Origin: an uncultured Clostridia bacterium | GTDB lineage: Bacteria; Bacillota; Clostridia; TANB77; CAG-465 | Reading direction: 5' to 3' | DNA length: 64,000 nucleotides | NCBI GenBank assembly: GCA_949106495.1 | Contig: CARYZD010000005.1 | Coordinates: forward strand, 32,945 to 96,944 | Shown here: in pieces, positions 10,566-22,162 of the stretch | How the letters are laid out: every line of letters starts with the position of its first letter | Numbering within the stretch: the stretch's first letter is position 1 | The notes under the pieces: generated by a model | What the model was told of the DNA's origin: nothing | The model's input: the letters and a program-made list of their open reading frames with translations, nothing else | Database searches by the model: none | Translations under genes and position numbers: made by a program

Positions 10566-11165
10566 TTAGCTTTCTAAATCTTCTATAAAACTATTTAGTT
10601 CTTCTCTTGAATTAATATATGTCCCTTTTTTTACCATTTTCTTCAATTCGTCTCTTAAGTTATCTATATTAACATCATCTAATGTCATATATAATGTATT
10701 TTTATTCTCACCTTGTATAGAATAAATATTTATTTTATTATCCTCAAGAATTATCTTAAAATGATTAGGACAATTTCCGCTTAAAGTTCTAGAATATACT
10801 ATTTTATTTTCACTTTCGCTTTTTATATTATATTCAAGTCCTTTCTTCTCTTGGTATTTTTTCTCATCTGCTTTTACTTTATCTATAGTAGTACCATATT
10901 CAACTTTACTTTTAGTTACATCTTCCTTACAAACAGTATAATTATCCTCATATACTACAGTTATATCGTAAGTTTTAGTTGACGCAGTAACTACCAAATC
11001 ACTATTTCTTGCTACACTATAATTTTTAGCAAAATCTAAAACACTAGTATTATCTATTTCTAATTTATCAAAAGATACTGTTTTTACATATCCAAAACCA
11101 ATACCCAAAAAAAGTAATAATACTAAAGCTAAACAATATAATATTTTATTTTTAAAATTCATCAT
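10566..11165 (-). CDS. hypothetical secreted/lipoprotein-like protein
   Basis: 199 aa with an N-terminal signal-like hydrophobic segment. Probably co-transcribed with 9377..10510. Confidence 0.4.
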   Translation of the reverse strand: MMNFKNKILYCLALVLLLFLGIGFGYVKTVSFDKLEIDNTSVLDFAKNYSVARNSDLVVTASTKTYDITVVYEDNYTVCKEDVTKSKVEYGTTIDKVKADEKKYQEKKGLEYNIKSESENKIVYSRTLSGNCPNHFKIILEDNKINIYSIQGENKNTLYMTLDDVNIDNLRDELKKMVKKGTYINSREELNSFIEDLES

Positions 11166-11212
11166 AATATCACCTACAAATATGTTTTACACATTTGTAT
11201 ATAATATACATT

Positions 11213-13351
11213 TTAAAACACTATTGCTCCATTTTTTTCAGTTAAAAATAATTTACAGTTTAAATTATTAAAAATTTCTATTACTTTCTCACTTGGATGA
11301 CCATAAACAGATTTTTGTGCAGAAAATATAGCATTTTTTATATTTAATTCATTAACAAAACTTTCACTACTTGAAGTATTTGAACCATGATGTGCTACTT
11401 GATATACATATATATTTTTTAGTTTTTCTTTTATTTCTACATTTTTATCATTGTTTAAATATGCTTTTAATATATATTGTTCTGTATTCTTAGTACTGTC
11501 TCCTAAAAATAAATAATTTTTATTTATAATAGTTATTAAATATACTGTTGAATTAGCATTTAACATATCATTATCTTTTATATAATAATTTATGGGTGGT
11601 GCTAAAATATCTATATTTATATCGTAAATTTTAATATTATCATTTTCTTTTAATTTTATTATTCCTATTTTATTATCTTTTAAAAGCTTTTCTAACTTAT
11701 TACATTCATCTACTTTAGTATATGGAATACTATAGCAAACACTTTTTATTTTTATATTATTTTTTATTAAATTTTCTATTCCATTCATGTGGTCTGAATG
11801 CATATGAGTTATTAATATCATATCTATTTTATTTATATTTTTAGCTTTAAAAAAATTATTCATAATATTTCCTGCTATATTTTGAGTAGAGCCAATATCT
11901 ACAATTATATTTTTAGTATATCTATGAATAAGAGCCATATTTCCTTGTCCAACATTAAAGTATATAACATAGGTTTCAAAATACATTGTATACATATACC
12001 AAAATAATATAACTATTACACAAATAATTCTTATAATTTTAATATACAATCTTACTTTTCTTCTATAATTCCAAAAGTATATAATAATATGTTTTTGATA
12101 TAAATAAAAAATTATAGTTAAATAAAAACATATAAAAACTATAAAATTAGGTTTGGGAACTGTAATATTTAAATAATTTAAATTATCTAATAAATTTACT
12201 TGGAATATAATTAAACAAATTAGTTTATCACAAATTAATATAAGTAAATCAGATAGAATTGGAATAAAAAACAGTATAAATAAAGAAAAAATTGAATACA
12301 TCAAAATATTTAATATAAATGATATAAAAGTATTTGAAAAAACAGACATTAAAGTAAGCTTTTGAAAATAATATAGTTGAAATGGAATTATGAGTATCTG
12401 AGCGCTTAAAGTTAGAGAAATATTTAGAATTATGTATTTTACTACTTTTGATTTCATCTTTATTTTTATTTCTAACCAAGAAGTAATAGTATCATTAAAT
12501 AGCTTAATACTAAGAACAGATAAAAAAGAAAAAATAATACCTATATTAAAAATATAATATGGATTTAATATTAATATAAAAAATAATGTTAATAAATACT
12601 TTATTTTAAAATTTATTTTGTTATTAATTATAGATAATAAATACATAATAATTGCTCTTAACAAAGATATATTAAATAGTGAAATAAAATAAAAATATGT
12701 TATAATCATTAAATTTAAAAATATCTTTTTCTTACTACTTGTGATTTTTTCAAAAGTACTAATTAAACAAATTAAATGAGTTCCAGAAATACATAACATA
12801 TGACCAAGTCCAATATTAACAAATTTTTGTTTAATATCTTTATTTAAAAATTTATGTTCTCCATACATTAAACTTTTAATCATATTACTATTTATATTGC
12901 TTAATTTACCATCTAATTTACTAGATATATTATCTCTTATATAATTAATACAGTTTAAAAATAGTTTATTACATTTATATTCTTTTAGTATTTTTATGCA
13001 ATATATTTTAGAAACAATTTTATTAGAATTCAAATATAATTTATAATCAAATTCATAAGGATTATTATATTTCTTTAACTCATAATTACTAGATATAATT
13101 GTTAATTTATCTCCTGCTTTATATTTTTTATTTGTATCTTTAATATCTAATAAAAATGTATCTTTATTAAATTTGACTTTATATTCTATTTTATCTTCTT
13201 CCACTTTATTTACATCTAATATATGTACATCTATACTTTTGTTTTTCCACTCTTTATATTTAAAATTATATACATATATACAATTTATAATTCTAATTAT
13301 CAAAACTATTATAATTAATAATTTTATTACTTTTTTAAATTTTCTTTTCAT
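11213..13351 (-). CDS. comEC: DNA internalization-related competence protein ComEC/Rec2 (polytopic membrane domain + metallo-beta-lactamase domain)
   Basis: 712 aa with many TM helices. C-terminal MBL motif ITHMHSDHMNG (HxHxDH) and a later HHGS, as in ComEC. Confidence 0.8.
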   Translation of the reverse strand: MKRKFKKVIKLLIIIVLIIRIINCIYVYNFKYKEWKNKSIDVHILDVNKVEEDKIEYKVKFNKDTFLLDIKDTNKKYKAGDKLTIISSNYELKKYNNPYEFDYKLYLNSNKIVSKIYCIKILKEYKCNKLFLNCINYIRDNISSKLDGKLSNINSNMIKSLMYGEHKFLNKDIKQKFVNIGLGHMLCISGTHLICLISTFEKITSSKKKIFLNLMIITYFYFISLFNISLLRAIIMYLLSIINNKINFKIKYLLTLFFILILNPYYIFNIGIIFSFLSVLSIKLFNDTITSWLEIKIKMKSKVVKYIILNISLTLSAQILIIPFQLYYFQKLTLMSVFSNTFISFILNILMYSIFSLFILFFIPILSDLLILICDKLICLIIFQVNLLDNLNYLNITVPKPNFIVFICFYLTIIFYLYQKHIIIYFWNYRRKVRLYIKIIRIICVIVILFWYMYTMYFETYVIYFNVGQGNMALIHRYTKNIIVDIGSTQNIAGNIMNNFFKAKNINKIDMILITHMHSDHMNGIENLIKNNIKIKSVCYSIPYTKVDECNKLEKLLKDNKIGIIKLKENDNIKIYDINIDILAPPINYYIKDNDMLNANSTVYLITIINKNYLFLGDSTKNTEQYILKAYLNNDKNVEIKEKLKNIYVYQVAHHGSNTSSSESFVNELNIKNAIFSAQKSVYGHPSEKVIEIFNNLNCKLFLTEKNGAIVF

Positions 13352-13444
13352 AACTATATATTAATACCAAAACTTATTTTTTTCCATTAAATATAACATT
13401 AATTTTATGTCTAGTTTTATCATATACTCTATCAGGAGGTTTTT

Positions 13445-14521
13445 ATGATAACAACTAGTTTATGTATGATTGTAAAAAATGAGGAAAAAGTATTAGAAAG
13501 ATGCTTAAATTCAGCAAAAGATATTGTTGATGAAATAATTATAGTAGATACTGGTTCAACTGACAAAACTAAAGAAATAGCAAATAAATTTACAAGTAAA
13601 GTTTATGATTTTAAATGGATTGACGATTTTGCAGCTGCAAGAAATTATTCATTTTCAAAAGCTACTAAAGACTTTATTTTATGGTTAGATGCAGATGATG
13701 TAATTTTAGATGAAGACAAACAAAAATTTATAGATTTAAAGAATTCATTAAATTCATCTATAGATATTGTAATGATGAAATACAATGTTGGATTTGATGA
13801 AAATGGTAATGTAAATTTTTCATATTATAGAGAAAGACTAATAAAAAGAGAAAAAAACTATAAATGGGAAAGTCCAATACACGAAGTTATTGTTCCAAGT
13901 GGTAACTTATACTATTCAAATATTTGTATAACACATAAAAAAGAAGAAACTAAATACTCAAAAAGAAATCTTGAAATATTTGAAAAACTACTATCTAAAA
14001 ATATTGAGCTTGATGCAAGACAACTATATTATTATTCAAGAGAATTAATGTATAATTCTCAATATGAAAAAGCAATATCATATTTTAATATATTCTTAAA
14101 TAATAAGAACGCATGGATAGAAAACAAAATAAATGCATGTATAGATTTAAGTAATTGTTATAAAGAAATTGGAAATAATGAAATGGCCATCTCTTCCCTA
14201 TTTCGTTCTTTTGAATATGATACTCCTAGAGCTGAAATATGTACAAATATAGGAATATATTTTATGGAGAAAGAAAACTATGAACTTGCAATCTATTGGT
14301 TTAAACAAGCAACTAGAATAAAACCAAATTTACAAAGTGGTGCTTTTGTACAAATAGATTATTACAAATATATTCCATATCTTAATATTTGTGTTTGTTA
14401 TAATAGACTTGGAAAAGATAAAATTGCATGTAAATATAATGAAAAAGCTGGAAAATTTAAGCCAAACAGCATTGCATATAAAAATAATAAAGAATACTTT
14501 AAAAAAATAAAAATTTGTTAA
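13445..14521 (+). CDS. family 2 glycosyltransferase with C-terminal TPR repeats (spore-surface protein glycosylation type)
   Basis: N-terminal GT-A pattern (CMIVKNEE...IIIVDTGSTDKT...DADD). The C-terminal half looks like TPR-like repeats. Sits immediately upstream of a collagen-like protein gene. Confidence 0.75.
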   Translation: MITTSLCMIVKNEEKVLERCLNSAKDIVDEIIIVDTGSTDKTKEIANKFTSKVYDFKWIDDFAAARNYSFSKATKDFILWLDADDVILDEDKQKFIDLKNSLNSSIDIVMMKYNVGFDENGNVNFSYYRERLIKREKNYKWESPIHEVIVPSGNLYYSNICITHKKEETKYSKRNLEIFEKLLSKNIELDARQLYYYSRELMYNSQYEKAISYFNIFLNNKNAWIENKINACIDLSNCYKEIGNNEMAISSLFRSFEYDTPRAEICTNIGIYFMEKENYELAIYWFKQATRIKPNLQSGAFVQIDYYKYIPYLNICVCYNRLGKDKIACKYNEKAGKFKPNSIAYKNNKEYFKKIKIC

Positions 14522-15934
<1,413 letters not shown>

Positions 15935-15944
15935 TTTATATAAA

Positions 15945-15975
15945 AGATGCTTAGAAAACTAAGCATCTTTTTCTA
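15945..15975 (+). terminator. intrinsic terminator after the collagen-like gene
   Basis: Hairpin agatgcttag-aaaa-ctaagcatct followed by a T-run. Confidence 0.6.
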
Positions 15976-16089
15976 TTTTTATATCCAATTAATATGTAAT
16001 TTGTTTCCTTGACTTTTTATTTTAATCAGTATATACTTAAGTTGGTATTAATATTATTAAATATAGTAATAAAAAAGGAGGCTATTTTT

Positions 16090-16665
16090 ATGATTGAAAT
16101 TAGATGGCATGGCCGTGGTGGTCAAGGTGCAAAAACTGCTTCTCTTCTACTTGCAGATGCAGCGTTTAATACTGGAAAATATATTCAAGGTTTTCCTGAA
16201 TATGGTCCTGAAAGAATGGGTGCACCAATAACAGCATACAACAGAATAAGTGATACACCTATTAGAGTTCATTCAAACATATATGCACCAGATTATGTAG
16301 TAGTTGTTGACGATACTCTATTAGAAACTGTTGATGTAACAAATGGTTTAAAAGATACTGGTGCAATTTTAGTAAATACAAACAAAAAACCAGAACAATT
16401 AGTACAATATTTAAATGGATATAAAGGAAAAATTTATACAATTGATGCTACAAAAATTAGTATGGATTGTTTAAAGGCAAATTTCCCAAATACAGCTATG
16501 CTTTCAGCTATTATTAAAATAACTGGAGTAATGACAAAAGAAGAATTATTAACTGATATGAAAGAATCTTTCAAACATAAATTTGCAAGAAAACCTGAAG
16601 TTATTGAGCCTAATATGCAAGCTATTGAAAGAGCATACGATGAAGTTGCAGGAGGTAATGAATAA
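16090..16665 (+). CDS. porC: 2-oxoacid (pyruvate-type):ferredoxin oxidoreductase gamma subunit
   Basis: MIEIRWHGRGGQGAKTASLLLADAA... is a typical POR gamma N-terminus. RBS AAAAGGAGG. In-frame start at 16090; the ORF track starts at 16009. Confidence 0.8.
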   Translation: MIEIRWHGRGGQGAKTASLLLADAAFNTGKYIQGFPEYGPERMGAPITAYNRISDTPIRVHSNIYAPDYVVVVDDTLLETVDVTNGLKDTGAILVNTNKKPEQLVQYLNGYKGKIYTIDATKISMDCLKANFPNTAMLSAIIKITGVMTKEELLTDMKESFKHKFARKPEVIEPNMQAIERAYDEVAGGNE

Positions 16666-16934
16666 TGGGAGAAATTGGATTTGGAGGAAATATTTTAAAA
16701 GATGGGAATTCAGTTGAATTTAAAACTGGTTCTTGGAAAAATAAATACCCAGTACATTCTAAAGAAAAATGCAAAAATTGTATGTTTTGCGTTGGGTACT
16801 GCCCTGATGATTGTATAAGACACAAAGATGGTATTTTAGAAGGAATAGATTACGACTATTGTAAAGGATGTGGAGTATGTGCAAAAGTATGTCCTTTCAA
16901 AGCAATAGAAATGAAATCTAAAGAAGAAGAATAA
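16665..16934 (+). CDS. porD: 2-oxoacid:ferredoxin oxidoreductase delta subunit (2x[4Fe-4S] ferredoxin)
   Basis: Two CxxCxxCxxxCP motifs (CKNCMFCVGYCP; CKGCGVCAKVCP). Its start overlaps the porC stop. Confidence 0.8.
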   Translation: MGEIGFGGNILKDGNSVEFKTGSWKNKYPVHSKEKCKNCMFCVGYCPDDCIRHKDGILEGIDYDYCKGCGVCAKVCPFKAIEMKSKEEE

Positions 16935-16944
16935 GGAGGAAATT

Positions 16945-18120
16945 ATGGCTATAAGAGAAAGATTAAGTGGTAATGAAGCTGTTGCTACAGCTATGAAACA
17001 AATAAATCCAGATACTGTTGCTGCCTACCCTATTACACCTTCTACAGAGGTTCCACAGTATTTTTCAAACTTTGTTGCAAATGGAGAAGTTACAACAGAA
17101 TTTATTGCTGTTGAAAGTGAACATAGTGCAATGAGTGCTTGTATTGGTGCTTCTTCTGCTGGTGGTAGAGTTATGAGTGCAACATCATCTCAAGGTCTTG
17201 CATATATGTTTGAAATGTTATATATTGCAGCTGGAATGAGACTTCCAATTACACTAATATGTGCAAATAGAGCTCTATCTGCTCCATTAAACATTCACAA
17301 TGACCATTCTGATTCTATGGGAGTTAGAGATGCAGGATTTATTCAATTATATTGTGAAAATAACCAAGAAGCATATGATAATGCTATTATGGCAGTAAAA
17401 ATTGCAGAAAAGGCAAATCTTCCAGTCATGGTTTGCTATGATGGATTTATTACATCTCACTCTGTTGAAAATATAATGTTAATTGAAACAGAAGATGTTA
17501 AAAAATTTGTTGGAGAAAGAAAACCAACTCAATATTTGTTAGATGAAGAAAGAAATATTTCAATGGGACCTATGGATTTACAAAAATATTATTTTGAACA
17601 TAGAAAACAACTTGCAGAAGCTATGAGAGGAGCTAAAGATATTATAAAAGAAGTATCCGAAGAATTTTATAAACTTACTGGAAGAAAATATGATTTATAT
17701 GAAAATTATGGAATGCAAGATGCAGAAATTGGTATAGTAGCATTAAGTTCTACAGCTGGTACTGCTAAAGATGCAGTAGACACATTAAGAAAAGCTGGTG
17801 TTAAAGCAGGTCTAATAAAACCTAGAGCATTTAGACCTCTACCTTTTGAAGAACTTCCAAAAGAATTAAAAAATTTAAAAGCATTAGCTATAATGGATAA
17901 ATGTGATAGTGTTAATGGATATGCTGCTCCACTATTTACAGAACTTACATCTGCAATGTATAGTCAAGGACTTACTGTTCCAACTGTAAACTATATATAT
18001 GGACTTGGTGGTGTAGATGTTAAAGTTGACGATATTCTTTCTGTATATAAAAAATTAAATGAAATATCTAAAAATGGTAATGTTGAAAATACAACTTACT
18101 ATTTAGGATTTGAAGATTAG
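16945..18120 (+). CDS. porA: 2-oxoacid:ferredoxin oxidoreductase alpha subunit
   Basis: 391 aa, collinear with POR/VOR alpha subunits. RBS AGGAGG. Confidence 0.8.
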   Translation: MAIRERLSGNEAVATAMKQINPDTVAAYPITPSTEVPQYFSNFVANGEVTTEFIAVESEHSAMSACIGASSAGGRVMSATSSQGLAYMFEMLYIAAGMRLPITLICANRALSAPLNIHNDHSDSMGVRDAGFIQLYCENNQEAYDNAIMAVKIAEKANLPVMVCYDGFITSHSVENIMLIETEDVKKFVGERKPTQYLLDEERNISMGPMDLQKYYFEHRKQLAEAMRGAKDIIKEVSEEFYKLTGRKYDLYENYGMQDAEIGIVALSSTAGTAKDAVDTLRKAGVKAGLIKPRAFRPLPFEELPKELKNLKALAIMDKCDSVNGYAAPLFTELTSAMYSQGLTVPTVNYIYGLGGVDVKVDDILSVYKKLNEISKNGNVENTTYYLGFED

Positions 18121-18132
18121 GAGGTATTACAA

Positions 18133-19086
18133 ATGGCATATAATTTAAAAGACGCTGTAGAAAAAGAATCTAGATTTACATCTGGACATAGAATGTGTGC
18201 TGGATGTGGTGCTCCTCCAGCAGTAAGAAATATATTAAGAGCATTAAAACCAGAAGATAATGCTGTTGTATCATGTGCAACAGGATGTTTAGAAGTATCA
18301 AGTTGTATTTACCCATATACTTCATGGAAACATGTATCATTTATACATACTGCTTTTGAATGTGCATCTGCTACACTTTCTGGTGCTGAAAAAACATATA
18401 ATGCTCTAAAAAGAGCAGGAAAAATAACTAATACTACTAAGTTTATTGCATTTGGTGGTGATGGTGGTACACTAGATATAGGTCTTCAATCTTTATCTGG
18501 TGCAATGGAAAGAGGACACGATATTACTTATGTATGTTATGATAATGGGGCATATATGAATACAGGAACTCAACGTTCTTCTTCTACTCCACACTTTGCA
18601 GATACTACAACTTCTCCTGCTGGAAAAGTTGTACCTGGTAAAATGCAACCAAGAAAAGATTTAACAGAAATAATGGTAAAACATAATCTTCCATATGTTG
18701 CACAAACAGCTTTGTTTGGTAACTTAAGTGATATATATACTAAATCTGAAAAAGCAATATATACAGAAGGTCCAACTTTCATTGCTGCTTTTGCTCCTTG
18801 TCCTAGAGGATGGGGATATCCTTCAGAAGATTTAGCAGAAATTGAAAAACTTGCTGTTATGACTTGCTTCTGGCCTTTATATGAAGTTGAAAATGGTGTT
18901 TATAAAGTTAACTTTAAGCCAGCTAAAAAACTTCCTGTAATTGAATTTATTAAAACTCAAAAAAGGTTTAAACATATGTTAAAACCTGGTAATGAATGGA
19001 TGATAGATGAATTACAAGCAGAAATAGATAGAAAATGGGAATATATTTTAATGATGGAAGAAATAACAAATAAAAAAGAAGATTAA
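18133..19086 (+). CDS. porB: 2-oxoacid:ferredoxin oxidoreductase beta subunit (TPP-binding)
   Basis: A Cys cluster (CAGCG...C...C) and a GDG-type TPP motif (FGGDGGTLDIG). RBS GGAGG. Confidence 0.8.
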   Translation: MAYNLKDAVEKESRFTSGHRMCAGCGAPPAVRNILRALKPEDNAVVSCATGCLEVSSCIYPYTSWKHVSFIHTAFECASATLSGAEKTYNALKRAGKITNTTKFIAFGGDGGTLDIGLQSLSGAMERGHDITYVCYDNGAYMNTGTQRSSSTPHFADTTTSPAGKVVPGKMQPRKDLTEIMVKHNLPYVAQTALFGNLSDIYTKSEKAIYTEGPTFIAAFAPCPRGWGYPSEDLAEIEKLAVMTCFWPLYEVENGVYKVNFKPAKKLPVIEFIKTQKRFKHMLKPGNEWMIDELQAEIDRKWEYILMMEEITNKKED

Positions 19087-19095
19087 AAGTATTAT

Positions 19096-19123
19096 GAGAG
19101 GACTTATAGGTCCTCTCTTTTAT
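19096..19123. terminator. bidirectional intrinsic terminator between convergent porB and aroF
   Basis: Hairpin gagaggac-ttatag-gtcctctc with T-runs on both strands. It overlaps the aroF stop. Confidence 0.6.
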
Positions 19124-20136
19124 ATTATTCTATCTACAGACTCAGCAATAGGTCTTAATCTATTAACTATATCATCATACATATCTGGTGTAATTGATTG
19201 CTTTCCATCACACAATGCTTTCTCAGGATTATTATGCACCTCAATAATAAGTCCATCTGCTCCAATTGCAACTGCAGCTTTGGATAAAGGTTCAACCATC
19301 CATCTTAAACCTGCTGCATGACTTGGGTCAACGATAATAGGTAAATGACTCAATTTTTTAATCATTGGAATTGCTGATATATCTAATGTATTTCTTGTGG
19401 TTGTTTCATATGTTCTTATCCCTCTTTCGCAAAGAATAACATTTGAATTTCCTTCAGACATAATATATTCTGCAGACATTAACCATTCTTCTATTGTTGC
19501 TGCAATTCCTCTTTTTAAAAGAATTGGCTTATTTAACTTTCCGGCTTTTTTTAATAAATCAAAATTTTGCATATTTCTTGCACCAATTTGTATAACATCT
19601 ACATCTTTTTCAAAGACTTCTAAATCATCTATAGACATGAGTTCTGTTACAATCTTAAGTCCTGTTGCCTCTCTTGCTTTTTTTAGCATTTCTAATCCTT
19701 CATATTTTAATCCTTGAAAAGCATATGGAGAGGTTCTAGGTTTGAATGCTCCACCTCTTAAAAATTTAGCACCACTTGCTTTTACTTTTTTTGCAATTTC
19801 AATTACTTGTTCCTCACTTTCTACAGAACAAGGACCAGCAATCATCATTAATTTTCCATTACCAATTATTACTTCATCACCTATTTTTATAACTGTATCT
19901 TCTGGATGAAATTTTCTACTAGCTCTTTTATATGCTTCTTTAACAACACATACATCTATAACTCCGTCTAAATTTTTAATTTTTTCTATATCAATAACTT
20001 TTGTATTTCCAATAGCACCTAGTATTATTTCCTCTTTTGAGGTATTTTCTACAACAGTTAATCCTAACTCTTCTATTTTTTCTTTAATTTCTAAAATAAC
20101 TTTTTCATCTACATCTTTTTTTAATTTAATAATCAT
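19120..20136 (-). CDS. aroF: 3-deoxy-7-phosphoheptulonate (DAHP) synthase, type I-beta with N-terminal ferredoxin-like regulatory domain
   Basis: 338 aa. Core motifs GPCSVES, KPRTSPY and LxDPSH-like (IVDPSHAAG), characteristic of KDO8PS-like DAHP synthases. About 90-aa N-terminal extension. RBS AGGAGG. Confidence 0.85.
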   Translation of the reverse strand: MIIKLKKDVDEKVILEIKEKIEELGLTVVENTSKEEIILGAIGNTKVIDIEKIKNLDGVIDVCVVKEAYKRASRKFHPEDTVIKIGDEVIIGNGKLMMIAGPCSVESEEQVIEIAKKVKASGAKFLRGGAFKPRTSPYAFQGLKYEGLEMLKKAREATGLKIVTELMSIDDLEVFEKDVDVIQIGARNMQNFDLLKKAGKLNKPILLKRGIAATIEEWLMSAEYIMSEGNSNVILCERGIRTYETTTRNTLDISAIPMIKKLSHLPIIVDPSHAAGLRWMVEPLSKAAVAIGADGLIIEVHNNPEKALCDGKQSITPDMYDDIVNRLRPIAESVDRII

Positions 20137-20150
20137 AATAAATTCCTCCT

Positions 20151-20470
20151 ATCAAAAAGAGAGCCTCATAATCAAATGAGACTCTCCATACTATTCATAT
20201 TTTAAGTTTATTTATTGAATATTTTTATATTAGTATTCCGCGGCTAACTAATATCATTTTAATACTCAAATATCATTTTATTGTTACTCATTTGATTAGA
20301 TTGTATGTTTTTTAGGTACGCAAAAAATCTTACGCTAAAATAATAGCCTAAGAATCCAAAGTAAAAATAAAAGTTGTTAACTAATATTTCATTTGCTACC
20401 ATAAAAAACTCTCTCCTTTCTTTCTGAGTAATTTATTCTATATTAACATTACATCAAAAAATTGTCAATA
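20151..20470 (-). promoter_or_regulatory. aroF 5' leader: promoter (TTGACA-17-TAATAT) plus a terminator hairpin immediately upstream of the RBS (candidate attenuator / riboswitch-type leader)
   Basis: On the minus strand, -35 TTGACA (20463-20468) and -10 TAATAT (20440-20445). About 290-nt leader. Hairpin gagagtctcatttgat-tatgaggctctc plus UUUUUGAU ends 1 nt before the AGGAGG RBS. An AUUAGUUAGCCGCGG segment partly resembles a T-box, but no full consensus is present. Confidence 0.4.
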
Positions 20471-20480
20471 CTAATTTTTA

Positions 20481-21689
20481 TCATTTTTTTTCTATTTTAG
20501 TTGTAATAGTACTTGCATAATCTATTTTTGAGCCATAAATTTCTTTAAGTTTATCCATTGTCTTTGTAACTTTTTCCTTCCTTTTGACAATCTCTTTTTT
20601 AGATTTATTTTCTTCAACAATAGAGAAAATATCTAATTGTTCTTGAACATTGTTTTCTTTAAGTCCTGAAACTCCAACACATATATATCTTATACTTGTT
20701 CCATTTGTATAATTATCTTTAAAAAGTTCAATTATATTTTTAGAAATTACATCATAAGCATTAGTATATTCAATTTTTCTTTGTCTAGAATTAGATATAA
20801 AATTACAATCTCTTAAAACAATTGATACAACATTTGCTTTCATATTTAATTTCCTTAATGAAAAAGATACATTGCTTGTTAATTTTAAAAACTCTCTTTC
20901 TATAGCTTCTTTATCTGATATATCTGTTTCAAAAGTTATCCCTTTACTAATACTCTTTCTTTCACTTTTTTCATAATAGTATTTAACAGGCTCATTGTCA
21001 ATACCATTAGAATAATTATATATCTGTTCCCCTAACTTTCCTAAATGTTTTACTATTCTATATTTATTACTATTTGCTAAATCTCCTATTGTTTTAATTC
21101 CTAATTTTTTTAGCTTTTCATTTGTGTTCTTACCAACATATAATAACATATTAACTGGTAAATTATATATTTTTTCTTTATAATTATCATAATCTAGTAC
21201 AGTTATTGCATCAGGCTTTTTTAAGTCGCTTCCAAGTTTTGCAAGTGATTTTGTAAATGATACTCCAACAGAAATTGTTAACCCAAATTTAGATTTTATT
21301 TCTTCTTTAATTTTATATGCAATTTCATATGGACTACCAAATATTGCAGTACTTTCTGTTACATCTAAAAATGATTCATCTATACCAAATTTTTCTACTC
21401 TATCTGTATATTTTCTATATACTTCATTTACAAGTTTAGAATACTTAACATATTCTTCATAATGTGGTTTTAAAAGTACTAAATTAGGACATTTATTTAA
21501 TGCAGAGTATACTGTTTCTGGAGTATAAACACCATATTTTTTAGCTATTTGATTTTTTGCAAGTATTATTCCATGTCTTTTATTTGGATCTCCAGATACT
21601 GCCATTGGAATATTTTTTAGTTCTGGTCTATTTAACATTTCTACAGAAGCAAAAAAATTATTTAAATCACAATGAAGTATAGCTCTCAT
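20481..21689 (-). CDS. dinB: Y-family DNA polymerase (DNA polymerase IV / DinB-like)
   Basis: 402 aa. N-terminus ILHCDLNNFFASVE plus DESFLDV and SVGVS motifs, typical of the UmuC/DinB family. Confidence 0.8.
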   Translation of the reverse strand: MRAILHCDLNNFFASVEMLNRPELKNIPMAVSGDPNKRHGIILAKNQIAKKYGVYTPETVYSALNKCPNLVLLKPHYEEYVKYSKLVNEVYRKYTDRVEKFGIDESFLDVTESTAIFGSPYEIAYKIKEEIKSKFGLTISVGVSFTKSLAKLGSDLKKPDAITVLDYDNYKEKIYNLPVNMLLYVGKNTNEKLKKLGIKTIGDLANSNKYRIVKHLGKLGEQIYNYSNGIDNEPVKYYYEKSERKSISKGITFETDISDKEAIEREFLKLTSNVSFSLRKLNMKANVVSIVLRDCNFISNSRQRKIEYTNAYDVISKNIIELFKDNYTNGTSIRYICVGVSGLKENNVQEQLDIFSIVEENKSKKEIVKRKEKVTKTMDKLKEIYGSKIDYASTITTKIEKK

Positions 21690-21754
21690 ACCTTATCACC
21701 ACCCAGACAATTATATATTAGAAAAAAATTTTGGTCAAGAAAAAAAGAGCAGTT

Positions 21755-22162
21755 TTACTGCTCCATTGAAACCCCGTATAACTTATCTACATTATTAGAT
21801 AAATCACTTAAAAATTGTATTTTCTTTTTATAATCATTAAAATATGAACAAAGTAATAAACTATCCTCAATATTTCCATTATATCTAATAGTATAACCGA
21901 TTCCATTAACATCTTTTATTTCTTCATTTATGATTATTTTCTCTTTTTCTAATACATCTTTAGCTCCATCTACATACTTAATCATTACAACATTATTAAT
22001 TTTTATATTTTCCTCACTAAGTTTTTGAACAATGTCATTAAATATATTAAGTACTAATTTTATCTTAACCAAAATTCTGTCATCATCAATATTTGAAAGT
22101 TTTTCTGCATAAAATTTAAACTCATCATTAGTTATAATAATTTTGTATTTAACCCCGTTCAC
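21755..22162 (-). CDS. hypothetical protein (GTG start), upstream of the Y-family polymerase
   Basis: 135-aa ORF overlapping the preceding small ORF by 14 nt. No recognisable motifs. Confidence 0.3.
   Translation of the reverse strand: MNGVKYKIIITNDEFKFYAEKLSNIDDDRILVKIKLVLNIFNDIVQKLSEENIKINNVVMIKYVDGAKDVLEKEKIIINEEIKDVNGIGYTIRYNGNIEDSLLLCSYFNDYKKKIQFLSDLSNNVDKLYGVSMEQ

Noticed and set aside
19094-19321. 75-aa plus-strand ORF after porB
   Set aside because: Lies within the convergent aroF CDS and downstream of the bidirectional terminator. No RBS.
20221-20260. Possible T-box sequence in the aroF leader
   Set aside because: Only a partial match (AUUAG...CCGCGG) and the GGGUGG/UGGN element is absent. 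It is kept as a candidate attenuator of unknown class rather than called a T-box.
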